DNA from: an uncultured Schleiferiaceae bacterium
GTDB taxonomy: Bacteria; Bacteroidota; Bacteroidia; Flavobacteriales; Schleiferiaceae
Reading direction: 5' to 3'
NCBI GenBank assembly: GCA_963974215.1
Contig: CAXBBL010000010.1
Span: forward strand, 1 to 64,000
DNA: 64,000 bases
Under the pieces are notes generated by a model. It was not told where the DNA came from. It saw only the letters and a program-made list of their open reading frames with translations, and did no database searches. Numbering within the stretch: position 1 is the first letter of the stretch; every line of letters starts with the position of its first letter. The translations under genes and the position numbers were made by a program. Below are positions 11,289 to 21,449 of this stretch, in pieces.

Positions 11289-12875
11289 ATGAATAAACTT
11301 CAGTTTATACGCAGCATTAGCCCAGCATTGGCGGGGCTCTTTCTTTTAAGCTCCTGCGGTGGCGATAAAAGTAATGCAACAGGCTGGGCTTACAATGATA
11401 GCGACAATGGGGGCTTCAGCGTAAACACAGATTATGATGGTCAGGAAACTGGCCCAGGACTAGTATTTGTGGAAGGTGGTACTTTCACCATGGGTCGTGT
11501 AGAACAAGACGTATACCAAGATTGGGATAACATTCCCCGTAAGGTTTCGGTGCAATCTTTCTACATCGACGAAAACGAAATTACCAATACAGATTATCGC
11601 GAATACCTTTATTGGATTCGTCGTGTATTTGATATTGACTATTATCCAGAAATCCTTCGTACCGCACTTCCGGACACCCTTGTTTGGAGAACTCAGTTGG
11701 CTTACAATGAAATGTACGTAGAAAATTACTTCCGCCACCCTGCTTATAATTTTTACCCTGTAGTAGGTGTAAGTTGGATTCAAGCGATGAAATTTTGCTC
11801 TTGGAGAACGGATCGTGTGAATGAAGAAATTCTGATCCGTGAAGGAATTTTCAATGAATTTCCAGATCAGTCTGATGCAGATCACTTTAACACAGAAGTT
11901 TATTTATACAAGAGCGGTGAATACGCCCAACAAAACAAAAAAGGTTTAAGAGATAACAACCCGAACAGTGCTTATGGCGATGAAGGTCGTCCGGTTCGAA
12001 TTGAAGATGGTATCCTATTGCCTAAATATCGCCTACCGACTGAAGCGGAATGGGAATATGCGGCCTACGGTAATGCTGGTAACCGAGTTTACAATCGCGT
12101 AGTTGATGCAAATAAATTTACTTGGAATGGCGGTTCCTCTAGAAATCCAGACAAGGATAATAGAGGCGATATGTTAGCCAACTTTAAGCGTGGTAAAGGT
12201 GACTTCATGGGTACAGGTGGATGGTTAAATGACCAAGCGGCCACTACCATGCAAGTGAAGTTTTACCCACCTAATGACTATGGCTTATATGACATGGCAG
12301 GTAATGTGGCCGAATGGGTATTAGATGTTTACCGTCCTCTTTCTTTAGAAGATATGACTGGTTTGAACCCATTCCGTGGAAACGAATTCCAAACTTGGGA
12401 TCAAGATTACCAAGGTTTAGGTGCCTTAGAGGTTTTACAAGAACCACAATATGGTAGCGATTCGAGTTTAGTACGCTTGCCAGGTGAGCTTCCTGTAAGA
12501 GATGTAACGGAAGAAGAAAACTTGAACCGTCGTAACTACAAGAAGTCTGATTACCGTGATTACATCGATGGTGACAAGCAATCTTCACAATATTACGACC
12601 AAGAAACTGAAGAAGGTGAAGCCTTAATGTATGATTACTCTCAAACGACCTTAGTAGGAAATACAACACGCGTTTATAAAGGTGGTAGCTGGAAAGACAA
12701 TGCTTACTGGCTAAGCCCTGGTACCCGTCGCTTCTTAGAAGAGGATCAGGCTACAGACTTTATTGGATTCCGCTGTGCTATGGATCGAGTTGGATTCCAG
12801 AACCAAGATGAAGACCGAGAGAAACGTGGAAGCAAACCGAAGAAAGATAAGTTTAAACGTTATCGTTATAATTAA
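11289..12875 (+). CDS. gldJ: Gliding motility lipoprotein GldJ (FGE/sulfatase-modifying-factor-like fold)
   Basis: 528 aa. Lipobox LLSSCGG. FGE-like motifs (YRLPTEAEWEYAA, GGSWKDNAYWLSPGTRRF, FIGFRCAMD). Immediately followed by murF, as in the Flavobacterium johnsoniae gldJ-murF arrangement. Confidence 0.85.
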   Translation: MNKLQFIRSISPALAGLFLLSSCGGDKSNATGWAYNDSDNGGFSVNTDYDGQETGPGLVFVEGGTFTMGRVEQDVYQDWDNIPRKVSVQSFYIDENEITNTDYREYLYWIRRVFDIDYYPEILRTALPDTLVWRTQLAYNEMYVENYFRHPAYNFYPVVGVSWIQAMKFCSWRTDRVNEEILIREGIFNEFPDQSDADHFNTEVYLYKSGEYAQQNKKGLRDNNPNSAYGDEGRPVRIEDGILLPKYRLPTEAEWEYAAYGNAGNRVYNRVVDANKFTWNGGSSRNPDKDNRGDMLANFKRGKGDFMGTGGWLNDQAATTMQVKFYPPNDYGLYDMAGNVAEWVLDVYRPLSLEDMTGLNPFRGNEFQTWDQDYQGLGALEVLQEPQYGSDSSLVRLPGELPVRDVTEEENLNRRNYKKSDYRDYIDGDKQSSQYYDQETEEGEALMYDYSQTTLVGNTTRVYKGGSWKDNAYWLSPGTRRFLEEDQATDFIGFRCAMDRVGFQNQDEDREKRGSKPKKDKFKRYRYN

Positions 12876-12884
12876 GATATTTGA

Positions 12885-12913
12885 CCCTGACATAAACGTC
12901 AGGGTTTTTTTTT
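12885..12913 (+). terminator. Rho-independent terminator after gldJ, abutting the murF ATG
   Basis: Stem ccctgac (12885-12891) pairs with gtcaggg (12898-12904) around a 6-nt loop, followed by a T9 run at 12905-12913. The murF ATG is at 12914. Confidence 0.8.
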
Positions 12914-14194
12914 ATGAATATTTCGCAAATACATCAATTATTTTTAAAGTCTGAAGGAGTCTCTACAGACACACGCAGTATTGAGGCCGATCAAATTTAC
13001 TTTGCTTTGAAAGGCCCCACTTTCGATGGTAACCAATATTGTAAACAAGCAATCGCTAAGGGAGCTAGCCACTGTGTAATCGATGACCCTAAAGCGCAAT
13101 TAGAAGACCGAACCATTCTTGTTGAAGACGTCTTAGAATGTCTTCAAAGCTTGGCCCTTTTTCATCGTAAATCTTTGACCATTCCTGTAATTGCCCTAAC
13201 GGGTAGCAACGGAAAAACCACCACCAAGGAACTAATTGTTGCTGCCCTCCAACAAAAATATAAAGTTGCCTACACTAAGGGTAATCTAAATAATCATATC
13301 GGGGTGCCATTAAGCCTATTGAGTATTCGTTCCGAGCATGAAATAGCGGTTATAGAAATGGGAGCCAATGCCCAAAAAGAAATCGAATTTTTAAGTTCTC
13401 TAGCCCTACCTGATATAGGCCTAATAACCAATTATGGCAAGGCTCATTTAGAAGGTTTTGGCGGAGTTGAAGGCGTTATAAAAGGTAAAAGCGAACTATA
13501 TGATCATCTGCGTAAGCATAACAAAAAGGCTTTAGTAAACCTCGATGATCCGATACAAATGGAAAAGAGTAAAGGCCTTACTCAAATAACCTTTGGCACA
13601 GTCGAGCAAGCTGACTTTATCATTGAAACTACTTCAAGCAACAACAATTTTATTTGTGCTAGATATTCTGGCTTAGTAATCCATTCACAATTAACTGGGC
13701 AATACAACTTCAATAATATTTCCATCGCTATTAGCCTAGTCTCCTATTTCGGGCTAAGCCCAAAGGCTATCAAAGCAGGAATTGAATCTTATAAACCCAG
13801 TAATAATCGTTCTCAGTTAGATGAAGGAAAAGCAAATCTACTTTTACGTGATTATTACAATGCTAACCCAAGCAGTATGCAGGTTTCGTTAGAAAATTTT
13901 GCTACCCTAAAAACAGAAAACAAGGCGAAATGGGTCATTTTAGGCGACATGTTTGAACTAGGAGTCTATTCTGAAGAAGAACACCAAAGGGCAGCGGACA
14001 AAGCAAGTAAGTTCGATTTTGAAAAAGTACTATTAGTGGGTGAGGCTTTTATGCAGACCGAGTCTGAGGCCCTTCGTTTTTCAAGCACCAACGATTTAAT
14101 TACCTTTCTCAAAGAAAATAAGCCAAGCGGTAAAATGATATTACTTAAAGGGAGCCGAAGCATGCAGCTCGAAAAAGCAGCAGATCTATTGTAA
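12914..14194 (+). CDS. murF: UDP-N-acetylmuramoyl-tripeptide--D-alanyl-D-alanine ligase
   Basis: 426 aa. P-loop ALTGSNGKTTTKE. Mur ligase middle and C-terminal domains are present. Confidence 0.9.
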   Translation: MNISQIHQLFLKSEGVSTDTRSIEADQIYFALKGPTFDGNQYCKQAIAKGASHCVIDDPKAQLEDRTILVEDVLECLQSLALFHRKSLTIPVIALTGSNGKTTTKELIVAALQQKYKVAYTKGNLNNHIGVPLSLLSIRSEHEIAVIEMGANAQKEIEFLSSLALPDIGLITNYGKAHLEGFGGVEGVIKGKSELYDHLRKHNKKALVNLDDPIQMEKSKGLTQITFGTVEQADFIIETTSSNNNFICARYSGLVIHSQLTGQYNFNNISIAISLVSYFGLSPKAIKAGIESYKPSNNRSQLDEGKANLLLRDYYNANPSSMQVSLENFATLKTENKAKWVILGDMFELGVYSEEEHQRAADKASKFDFEKVLLVGEAFMQTESEALRFSSTNDLITFLKENKPSGKMILLKGSRSMQLEKAADLL

Positions 14195-14202
14195 GCCTAT
14201 TT

Positions 14203-14259
14203 AACGTGAACTCGACTATTAACAAAGGGTCTGAGGCCTGATTTTACGTCGAATACACC
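14203..14259. repeat. Mini-palindromic relative of the MITE-like repeat (terminal module only)
   Basis: aacgtgaactcgac followed by the inverted left-end module gggtctgaggcctgattttacgtcgaatacacc. It matches the termini of the full copies at 41733, 48325 and 50554. Confidence 0.55.
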
Positions 14260-14330
14260 TTATTAAATAATGAAAAAAGCGGCCTCATTTTAACATGAAG
14301 ACCGCTTTTCTTATATGGTAAGTACCTCAA

Positions 14331-15473
14331 TTAGTCTGCTAAAACAGCGCGCGAGATAACAATTTTCTGAATTTCAGAAGTACCCTCATAAATCTGGGTA
14401 ATCTTAGCATCACGCATTAAACGCTCAACGTGGTATTCTTTAACGTAACCATAACCACCGTGAACTTGTACTGCTTCTACTGTAGTTTTCATCGCTACGT
14501 CTGAAGCAAAAAGTTTAGCCATAGCGCTTTCTTTATCAAAGTTCTCTCCTTGATCTTTTAACCAAGCCGCTTTTAAACACATTAAGCGGGCCGCCTCAAT
14601 TTCAGTAGCCATATCTGCCAACTTAAAGCCTACTCCTTGATGCATGCCAATTGGCTTACCAAAAGTAACACGTTCTTTAGCATATTTTAAAGCTAATTCA
14701 TACGCTCCACTGGCTATACCTAAAGCTTGAGCGGCAATACCGATTCGTCCACCACTTAATACTTTCATGGCGAATTTAAAACCGAAGCCTTCATCACCAA
14801 GTCTATTTTCCTTGAGAACCTTAACATCTTGAAACATCAAAGAATGCGTATCAGATCCACGAATACCCATTTTATCTTCTTTCTTGCCTACTACGAAACC
14901 TTCCATTCCGCGTTCTACGATAAGACAGTTAATACCATGGTGACCTTTTTCAACATCCGTTTGGGCCATTACTAAATAAACAGAAGCAGAATTTCCATTA
15001 GTAATCCAGTTTTTGTTACCATTTAGTAGGTAATGATCGCCTTTATCAATTGCGGTCGTTTTTTGTGAAGTGGCATCAGAACCGGCTTCGGGCTCAGAAA
15101 GGCAAAACGCACCAATCTTCTCTCCTGCCGCCAAAGGCTTCAAATACTTTTCTTTTTGCTCTTCAGTACCAAATTTCTCTAAACCCCAGCATACTAAACT
15201 GTTGTTTACACTCATCACTACCGAAGCAGAGGCGTCCACCTTGGAAATTTCCTCCATGGCTAATACATATGAGATTGTGTCTAACCCAGCACCATTGTAC
15301 TTAGGATCTACCATCATCCCCATAAAACCGAGCTCTCCCATCTTCTTAATCTGCTCAGCAGGAAATTCTTGTTTGCTGTCGCGCTCAATCACTCCTGGTA
15401 ACAACTCATTTTGGGCAAAATCTCTTGCCGCCTGCTGAATCATCAAATGCTCTTCTGTTAGTTCAAATCTCAT
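14331..15473 (-). CDS. Acyl-CoA dehydrogenase (short/medium-chain type)
   Basis: 380 aa. Acyl-CoA dehydrogenase N-terminal, middle and C-terminal signatures, including the catalytic Glu region YEGTSEIQ near the C-terminus. Confidence 0.9.
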   Translation of the reverse strand: MRFELTEEHLMIQQAARDFAQNELLPGVIERDSKQEFPAEQIKKMGELGFMGMMVDPKYNGAGLDTISYVLAMEEISKVDASASVVMSVNNSLVCWGLEKFGTEEQKEKYLKPLAAGEKIGAFCLSEPEAGSDATSQKTTAIDKGDHYLLNGNKNWITNGNSASVYLVMAQTDVEKGHHGINCLIVERGMEGFVVGKKEDKMGIRGSDTHSLMFQDVKVLKENRLGDEGFGFKFAMKVLSGGRIGIAAQALGIASGAYELALKYAKERVTFGKPIGMHQGVGFKLADMATEIEAARLMCLKAAWLKDQGENFDKESAMAKLFASDVAMKTTVEAVQVHGGYGYVKEYHVERLMRDAKITQIYEGTSEIQKIVISRAVLAD

Positions 15474-15527
15474 AACAAATATTAGTTAATCTTGTAGCTT
15501 ATTGAAAGGACCGCAAAGGTACATTTT

Positions 15528-16601
15528 ATGAGCGAAAAATTTAATAGAAAGCATTTATACAAAGCATTAGGTTTAATGTCTGGAACTTCTTTAGATGGGC
15601 TAGACCTATGTGCTGTAGAATTTTGGCAGGATGAAGCCTGGCACTTTAGAATCAATAAAGCTATGACACTCCCCTATTCTGCCGAGTGGCACGAAAAATT
15701 GCGCTATAAAAAACTATCTGCAGAAGCCTTATTGGCACTCAATCATAACTATGGAACTTATCTGGCGCAAGCCAGTAAAAAGTTTATCGATGACCATCAG
15801 TTGGAAGTCGATTTTATAGCCTCTCACGGACACACTTGGTTTCATCAACCGCACAAAGGAATAACCTACCAGCTTGGCGGTGGCCCAGAAATAGCCGCCT
15901 TAACTGGCATTACCACCGTCGCTGATTTCCGCAGTAGCGATGTAATTTTAGGCGGGCAAGGTGCGCCTTTAGTTCCCATTGGCGATCGAGATCTTTTTGC
16001 CCAACATCAAGCTTGTTTAAACCTAGGAGGCTTTGCTAATATTTCCTTTGACCAAGATGGGCAAAGAATAGCTTTTGACATTTGCCCTTTAAATATTGCA
16101 CTCAATTTTTACTGCCTAAAACTCGGACTACCCTACGATGACGGCGGTATTATTGCCGCCACCTTCCCCTTTGATCAAGATTTAGTAGCCGAACTAGATG
16201 CCTTAGACTTCTACCAAAAAAGCCCTCCTAAAAGTTTGGGTATAGAATGGGTACAAAAAGAAATCTTCCCCTTAATTGCGAAAAGAGCACTAAGCCTAGA
16301 GGTAATCATATCTAGCTTAAGCGAACACAGCGCTAGACAAATAAGCAATTGCCTCATTGCCAATAATATCCAAAATTGCCTTATAAGCGGTGGCGGCGGA
16401 CTGAATGAACATTTGATAGACCGTATCCGTTTTTTAAGCAATAAAAAAATAATACTCGCACCAGAGGAAGTTTTAAACTTTAAGGAAGCCCTTATTTTCG
16501 CCTACCTAGGCCTCTTAGCTTTAGAGAATAAGGTAAATATATTGAGCTCTGTAACTGGCGCAAGAAAGGATCACTGTAGTGGACGCATTTTTAAACCATA
16601 G
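15528..16601 (+). CDS. anmK: Anhydro-N-acetylmuramic acid kinase
   Basis: 357 aa. N-terminal GLMSGTSLDGLD motif diagnostic of AnmK. Confidence 0.85.
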   Translation: MSEKFNRKHLYKALGLMSGTSLDGLDLCAVEFWQDEAWHFRINKAMTLPYSAEWHEKLRYKKLSAEALLALNHNYGTYLAQASKKFIDDHQLEVDFIASHGHTWFHQPHKGITYQLGGGPEIAALTGITTVADFRSSDVILGGQGAPLVPIGDRDLFAQHQACLNLGGFANISFDQDGQRIAFDICPLNIALNFYCLKLGLPYDDGGIIAATFPFDQDLVAELDALDFYQKSPPKSLGIEWVQKEIFPLIAKRALSLEVIISSLSEHSARQISNCLIANNIQNCLISGGGGLNEHLIDRIRFLSNKKIILAPEEVLNFKEALIFAYLGLLALENKVNILSSVTGARKDHCSGRIFKP

Positions 16602-16688
16602 TTCGACAGGAAATAAGCTTAATTGCGAAATTCAGATTATAATGGCGATTCTATTTGGTAATTACGTAATAAAAGCCTCCTGATTTTA

Positions 16689-16696
16689 TACTTTTG
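16689..16696 (+). promoter_or_regulatory. Candidate Bacteroidetes -7 box TACTTTTG upstream of the dehydrogenase gene
   Basis: TAnnTTTG match ~20 nt upstream of the ATG at 16716. Motif only. Confidence 0.25.
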
Positions 16697-16715
16697 CGCC
16701 CAATTAAAACAAAGC

Positions 16716-17942
16716 ATGAAAGACTTATTAAAATTATACGAGGCGAAAGCGGCAGAAATTGTTTTTCACTGGCACGATAGCTTAACTACCGCCGAAGGCT
16801 GGGTGGTTATCAATTCTTTGCGTGGTGGAGCAGCTGGCGGTGGAACCCGTATGCGTGAAGGTCTTAATGAACATGAAGTTCTCAGTCTTGCTAAAACCAT
16901 GGAAATCAAGTTTACCGTTGCAGGTCCTGCCATTGGTGGCGCCAAAAGTGGTATAAATTTTAATCCTAACGATCCTCGCAAAGCTGGCGTATTAGAGCGC
17001 TGGTATAAAGCGGTGAAACCCCTATTAAAAAACTATTACGGGACAGGTGGTGATTTAAACGTGGACGAAATTCACGAGGTTATTCCCGTTACCCGAGAAC
17101 TAGGAATTGAACACCCACAAGAAGGTGTCTTAATCGGGCACTTTCAGCCCAATGAAAGCAGTAAAACTCAAAAAATCGCCCAGTTACAAAAAGGCGTTCT
17201 ACTACCCGTAGCTGCTAGCGAACTTACGCCAGGGAAAGCCAATCAATATACGGTAGCCGATTTAATTACGGGTTATGGTACGGCAGAATCTGTACGTCAC
17301 TTCTATACTATTTACGGCGGCCAGCTTAAAAACAAACGGGTTATTATTCAGGGTTGGGGAAATGTAGCTTCAGCAGCCGCATTCTACCTTGCCAAAGAAG
17401 GTGCTAAAATTGTGGGTATCATTGACCGCGTTGGCGGATTAATCAATGAAGCTGGTTTTAGCCTCGAAGAAATTGTAGCCCTATACAATGCACGCGAAGG
17501 AAATTTCCTCGTGAGCGATAATCTTATTCCTTTCGAGGAAATCAATCAGAAAATCTGGAGCATTGGTGCTGAAATCTTTATTCCTGCCGCCGCTTCCAGA
17601 TTGATCTCTAAAAGTAATTTAGATGAAATGGTTGAGCATGGACTGGAAATTATTTCGTCGGGCGCCAATGTGCCTTTTGCAGATAGTGAAATTTTTTACG
17701 GACCTATTGCCGAATATGCCGACCAACAAGTAAACTGTATTCCCGATTTTATTTCCAACTGCGGCATGGCACGTGTTTTCGCCTACTTAATGCAAGATGA
17801 AATAGAGTTAAATGACCAAGCAATTTTTGACGATACCTCTACTGTTATTAAGAAGGCTTTAGAAAACACCTATGCCTTAAAATCCTCTAAACTAGAAATT
17901 ACAAAAACTGCTTACGAAATTGCCTTAAAGCAACTGGTTTAA
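16716..17942 (+). CDS. Glu/Leu/Phe/Val-family amino-acid dehydrogenase (glutamate dehydrogenase-like)
   Basis: 408 aa. Catalytic-lysine region GPAIGGAKSGINF, and a Rossmann NAD(P)-binding segment IQGWGNVA. Confidence 0.75.
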   Translation: MKDLLKLYEAKAAEIVFHWHDSLTTAEGWVVINSLRGGAAGGGTRMREGLNEHEVLSLAKTMEIKFTVAGPAIGGAKSGINFNPNDPRKAGVLERWYKAVKPLLKNYYGTGGDLNVDEIHEVIPVTRELGIEHPQEGVLIGHFQPNESSKTQKIAQLQKGVLLPVAASELTPGKANQYTVADLITGYGTAESVRHFYTIYGGQLKNKRVIIQGWGNVASAAAFYLAKEGAKIVGIIDRVGGLINEAGFSLEEIVALYNAREGNFLVSDNLIPFEEINQKIWSIGAEIFIPAAASRLISKSNLDEMVEHGLEIISSGANVPFADSEIFYGPIAEYADQQVNCIPDFISNCGMARVFAYLMQDEIELNDQAIFDDTSTVIKKALENTYALKSSKLEITKTAYEIALKQLV

Positions 17943-17960
17943 GCCAAAAAAAACTCTTGT

Positions 17961-19367
17961 ATGTACACTTTAATGATTGTGGTTTTTGTCTTAGGCTATC
18001 TAGCAATTGCCTTAGAACATAATATTCATGTTGATAAAGCCGCTTCTGCCCTCATCACGGGTACACTTTGCTGGGCTATTTACGTATTAGGGGCTGAAGG
18101 AATTGTAGACTTTAACGCAATACCACATTTCATTTTAGAAATGTTTGCCGAAGAAAAAGGCATAACCGCTCCGCTAGAAGTCACCCAACATTACGTTACC
18201 GAGTTTCAAATATTAGAACATTTGGGGGAAATTGCCTCCATCCTTTTCTTCTTAATGGGCGCCATGACAATCGTAGAGCTTATCGATGCCCACGAAGGCT
18301 TTAGCGTAATAACCAATCGCATCAAAACCACCAGTCGCTTAAAGCTGATGTGGATTATCTGTATTCTTACCTTCTTCTTCTCTGCTGCTTTAGATAACCT
18401 TACTACTTCCATTGTAATGGTATCCTTACTTAAAAAACTCATCGACGATCAGCAAGATCGTTGGCTTTTTGCTGGGATGGTGGTTATTGCAGCCAATGCA
18501 GGTGGCGCTTGGTCCCCTATTGGAGATGTAACCACAACGATGCTTTGGATCGGTGGACAAATCACCGCATCAGCCGTAATTATTAAACTAATCATTCCCT
18601 CGCTTTTCGCGATTCTCATACCCCTTTTCATTCTCAGCTTTAAAATGAAAGGTAACGTAAAACGTCCTCTGCGTGCCAGCAGTAAAGAACATTTCACTAA
18701 CCCAACCACCGAAAGAGAAAGAAATATTGTCTTCACAGCAGGTGTATTGGGACTACTTTTTGTGCCGATTTTCAAAACCTACACTCACCTTCCTCCTTTC
18801 ATGGGAATGATGATGAGCTTGGGGGTTTTATGGTTGATCACCGAATTAATGCATCATACTAAAAATCGTGAAGCGCGCTACAACCTATCCGTAATAGGGG
18901 TTTTACGCAAGGTAGATACGGCCAGTGTCTTATTCTTCTTAGGAATTTTATTGGCCGTTGCTAGTTTACAATCGGCTGGTCAGCTGGGCGAATTAGCCAA
19001 CACCCTTGACAATAGTATTGGTACCGATACCGAAACTGGGGTTTACTCGGTGAGTCTAATTATAGGCCTTCTTTCGGCCATTGTAGATAATGTACCCTTG
19101 GTAGCCGCGAGTATGGGGATGTATGATATTGAAGCGGCTACGGGCGGTTTGTTTTCACAAGATGGGCTTTTCTGGGAATTCCTTGCTTACTGCGCAGGAA
19201 CAGGTGGAAGTGCCTTAATCATCGGTTCCGCCGCTGGTGTTGCCGTAATGGGCTTAGAAAACATCTCCTTTGGTTGGTATATTCGTCGCATCAGTGCTCT
19301 AGCCGTATTTGGTTATTTAGCCGGTGCAGTAGTGTACATCATTCAAGAAAGTATTTTCCATCTTTAG
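17961..19367 (+). CDS. NhaD/ArsB-family Na+/H+ antiporter (ion transporter superfamily permease)
   Basis: 468 aa. Polytopic membrane protein with the internal repeat typical of the NhaD/arsenite-permease family. Confidence 0.65.
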   Translation: MYTLMIVVFVLGYLAIALEHNIHVDKAASALITGTLCWAIYVLGAEGIVDFNAIPHFILEMFAEEKGITAPLEVTQHYVTEFQILEHLGEIASILFFLMGAMTIVELIDAHEGFSVITNRIKTTSRLKLMWIICILTFFFSAALDNLTTSIVMVSLLKKLIDDQQDRWLFAGMVVIAANAGGAWSPIGDVTTTMLWIGGQITASAVIIKLIIPSLFAILIPLFILSFKMKGNVKRPLRASSKEHFTNPTTERERNIVFTAGVLGLLFVPIFKTYTHLPPFMGMMMSLGVLWLITELMHHTKNREARYNLSVIGVLRKVDTASVLFFLGILLAVASLQSAGQLGELANTLDNSIGTDTETGVYSVSLIIGLLSAIVDNVPLVAASMGMYDIEAATGGLFSQDGLFWEFLAYCAGTGGSALIIGSAAGVAVMGLENISFGWYIRRISALAVFGYLAGAVVYIIQESIFHL

Positions 19368-19536
19368 TAAAAAAAGACAATTTATAAAGCTACGTAAAGA
19401 TTCGCTTTGGCCTATGAAAACCATTTGCCGGAGCGAATCTTTAAGCTTTAAACTTTAATTTGTTAATTTCTCTCTCAGCCTTGTATACGTAGGTGCTTTG
19501 TAGGCCGTTATATTTACGGCATTAACAAGCACATCT

Positions 19537-20235
19537 ATGAAAGTACCTTTTCTTCAAATTAACCTTCCGGCAGAAGAGTCTTTAAGCGAAGAACCCGTTG
19601 AAAAAACCTTAAGCGTTTGGGAACTAGTAAGCAGTGGTGGACCAGGAGGAATCCTGATTATGACCGTGCTTTTTATCCTGTCCATTATTGCAGTATACAT
19701 TTTCATAGAAAGGTGGGGCGCGATTAAGCGGGCCAATAAAATGGATCTTAATTTCATGAATAACATTAAAGAAAATGTTATGAATGGCCGCCTCGACTCT
19801 GCCTTAGCGCAATGCCAATCTGAGAACACCCCCGCGGCACGTATGATTGCCAAAGGCGTTTCACGCATCGGCAAACCTTTAAAAGATATTAGTACCGCCA
19901 TCGAAAATACCGGCAAATTGGAAGTTTCGCTTCTCGAAAAAAACCTTCCTTCCCTTGCCACCATCGCTGGAGCTGCTCCCATGATTGGTTTCTTAGGAAC
20001 CGTAATCGGGATGATTTTAGCCTTCCACGAAATGGCGGCGGCTGGCGGACAAATTGATATTGAAATGCTAGCGGAAGGAATTTATACAGCCATGACAACT
20101 ACCGTGGCAGGTTTAGCGGTGGGAATTATCGCCTATTTAGGCTACAATATCTTAGTAAGTAAGGTGAATCAATCCATTTACAATATGGAAGTGCGAGCCA
20201 CGGAGTTCCTCGATCTACTAAACGAACCCGTTTAA
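19537..20235 (+). CDS. exbB: MotA/TolQ/ExbB proton-channel protein
   Basis: 232 aa. Three C-terminal TM helices with conserved MotA/ExbB signature GAAPMIGFLGTVIGMI. Confidence 0.85.
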   Translation: MKVPFLQINLPAEESLSEEPVEKTLSVWELVSSGGPGGILIMTVLFILSIIAVYIFIERWGAIKRANKMDLNFMNNIKENVMNGRLDSALAQCQSENTPAARMIAKGVSRIGKPLKDISTAIENTGKLEVSLLEKNLPSLATIAGAAPMIGFLGTVIGMILAFHEMAAAGGQIDIEMLAEGIYTAMTTTVAGLAVGIIAYLGYNILVSKVNQSIYNMEVRATEFLDLLNEPV

Positions 20236-20236
20236 T

Positions 20237-20629
20237 ATGGACTTGAATCGCCGAAGCAAGGTAAGCGCCGAATTTAGTATGAGTAGTATGACGGACATTG
20301 TGTTCCTATTACTTATCTTCTTTATGATCGCATCTACCCTAGTGACCACCAGTGCCCTTGATCTCGTTTTACCTAAAAGTGATGCACAATCGGTAAAGCG
20401 CAAAGATGTAGTAGTGAACATATCTGCTGACAAGCAAATTTCCGTAGGCAACACCATCGTAAGCGCGAGTGAATTGCAAAACGAAATTCTCAAGCAAGTC
20501 AAAAACATGGACGAAGCCGTATTATTGCTTCGCGCCGATGGAGCCGTGCCCTACGATATGGTGGTAGATGTTATGGATATCGCCTACCGCAATAAATTGA
20601 AAATAATCGCGGCCACAGACCCTAATTAA
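20237..20629 (+). CDS. exbD: ExbD/TolR biopolymer transport protein
   Basis: 130 aa. Single N-terminal TM followed by a periplasmic domain. Its start lies 1 nt after the exbB stop. Confidence 0.85.
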   Translation: MDLNRRSKVSAEFSMSSMTDIVFLLLIFFMIASTLVTTSALDLVLPKSDAQSVKRKDVVVNISADKQISVGNTIVSASELQNEILKQVKNMDEAVLLLRADGAVPYDMVVDVMDIAYRNKLKIIAATDPN

Positions 20630-20630
20630 G

Positions 20631-21449
20631 ATGAAGCGCTATTTTAAAGATAAAGATCAACGCAATGGACTGATTGGAACCCTAATTTTCCATAGCATCC
20701 TCTTTATTTTATTTCTTTTCCTAGGTCTTAGTTATTACGACCCCAAACCCGAAGCGGGCGTGCTTATTAATTTTGGTTATGCCGAAGACGGTTTTGGCCA
20801 AGAAGCGGTGGTAAGCAACGAAAGTCCCAGCACCACCAGCAGTACTTCCAATGCTGAAGAAAGTGTGCAAACCCAAGATTGGCAGGATGCGCCCAGCATA
20901 AGTGCCAGCGAGGAAAGCCAAAATAAAGAGGAAGAGGACAAGCCGGAAAAAACAGATACTCCCACAGAAACTCAAGAAGAAAAGCCCGTTGAAAAGCCGG
21001 ACCCTAAACCTTCCAATGCCCTTCAAAGTATTTTAGATAATACTAAAAACTCACAATCTGGTGGAGAAGGCGTAACCGAAGGTGGCGGCGATCAAGGTAA
21101 AGAAAATGGCGACCCTCGCTCCAGCAATCGCATTGGCGACGGCGGTGGTGGAGGCAATGGCGACGGAAACTATTTACTGGGAAACCGTCTCGCTTTAGCT
21201 AAACCCAAACCCAATTACCCCTGCAGCGATGAAGGTCGCGTGGTGGTGAAAATCTATGTAAACCAATCCGGAAAAGTTGTCCGAGCTATTGCGGGCGAAC
21301 GAATTCCAGGAGGAGCAGCCTCTACCACAACTAGCAGCTGTTTATACGAGCAGGCTAAAAAAGCCGCTATGCAAACCACCTGGGAAGCAGATGGCAGCGC
21401 ACCCGATCAACAATCTGGTTATATCGTTTATAATTTCAAAAGAACTTGA
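20631..21449 (+). CDS. TonB-family energy transducer (C-terminal TonB domain)
   Basis: 272 aa. N-terminal TM, an acidic/Pro-rich spacer, a Gly-rich segment and a C-terminal TonB_C-like domain (VVVKIYVNQSGKVVRA). Confidence 0.75.
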   Translation: MKRYFKDKDQRNGLIGTLIFHSILFILFLFLGLSYYDPKPEAGVLINFGYAEDGFGQEAVVSNESPSTTSSTSNAEESVQTQDWQDAPSISASEESQNKEEEDKPEKTDTPTETQEEKPVEKPDPKPSNALQSILDNTKNSQSGGEGVTEGGGDQGKENGDPRSSNRIGDGGGGGNGDGNYLLGNRLALAKPKPNYPCSDEGRVVVKIYVNQSGKVVRAIAGERIPGGAASTTTSSCLYEQAKKAAMQTTWEADGSAPDQQSGYIVYNFKRT

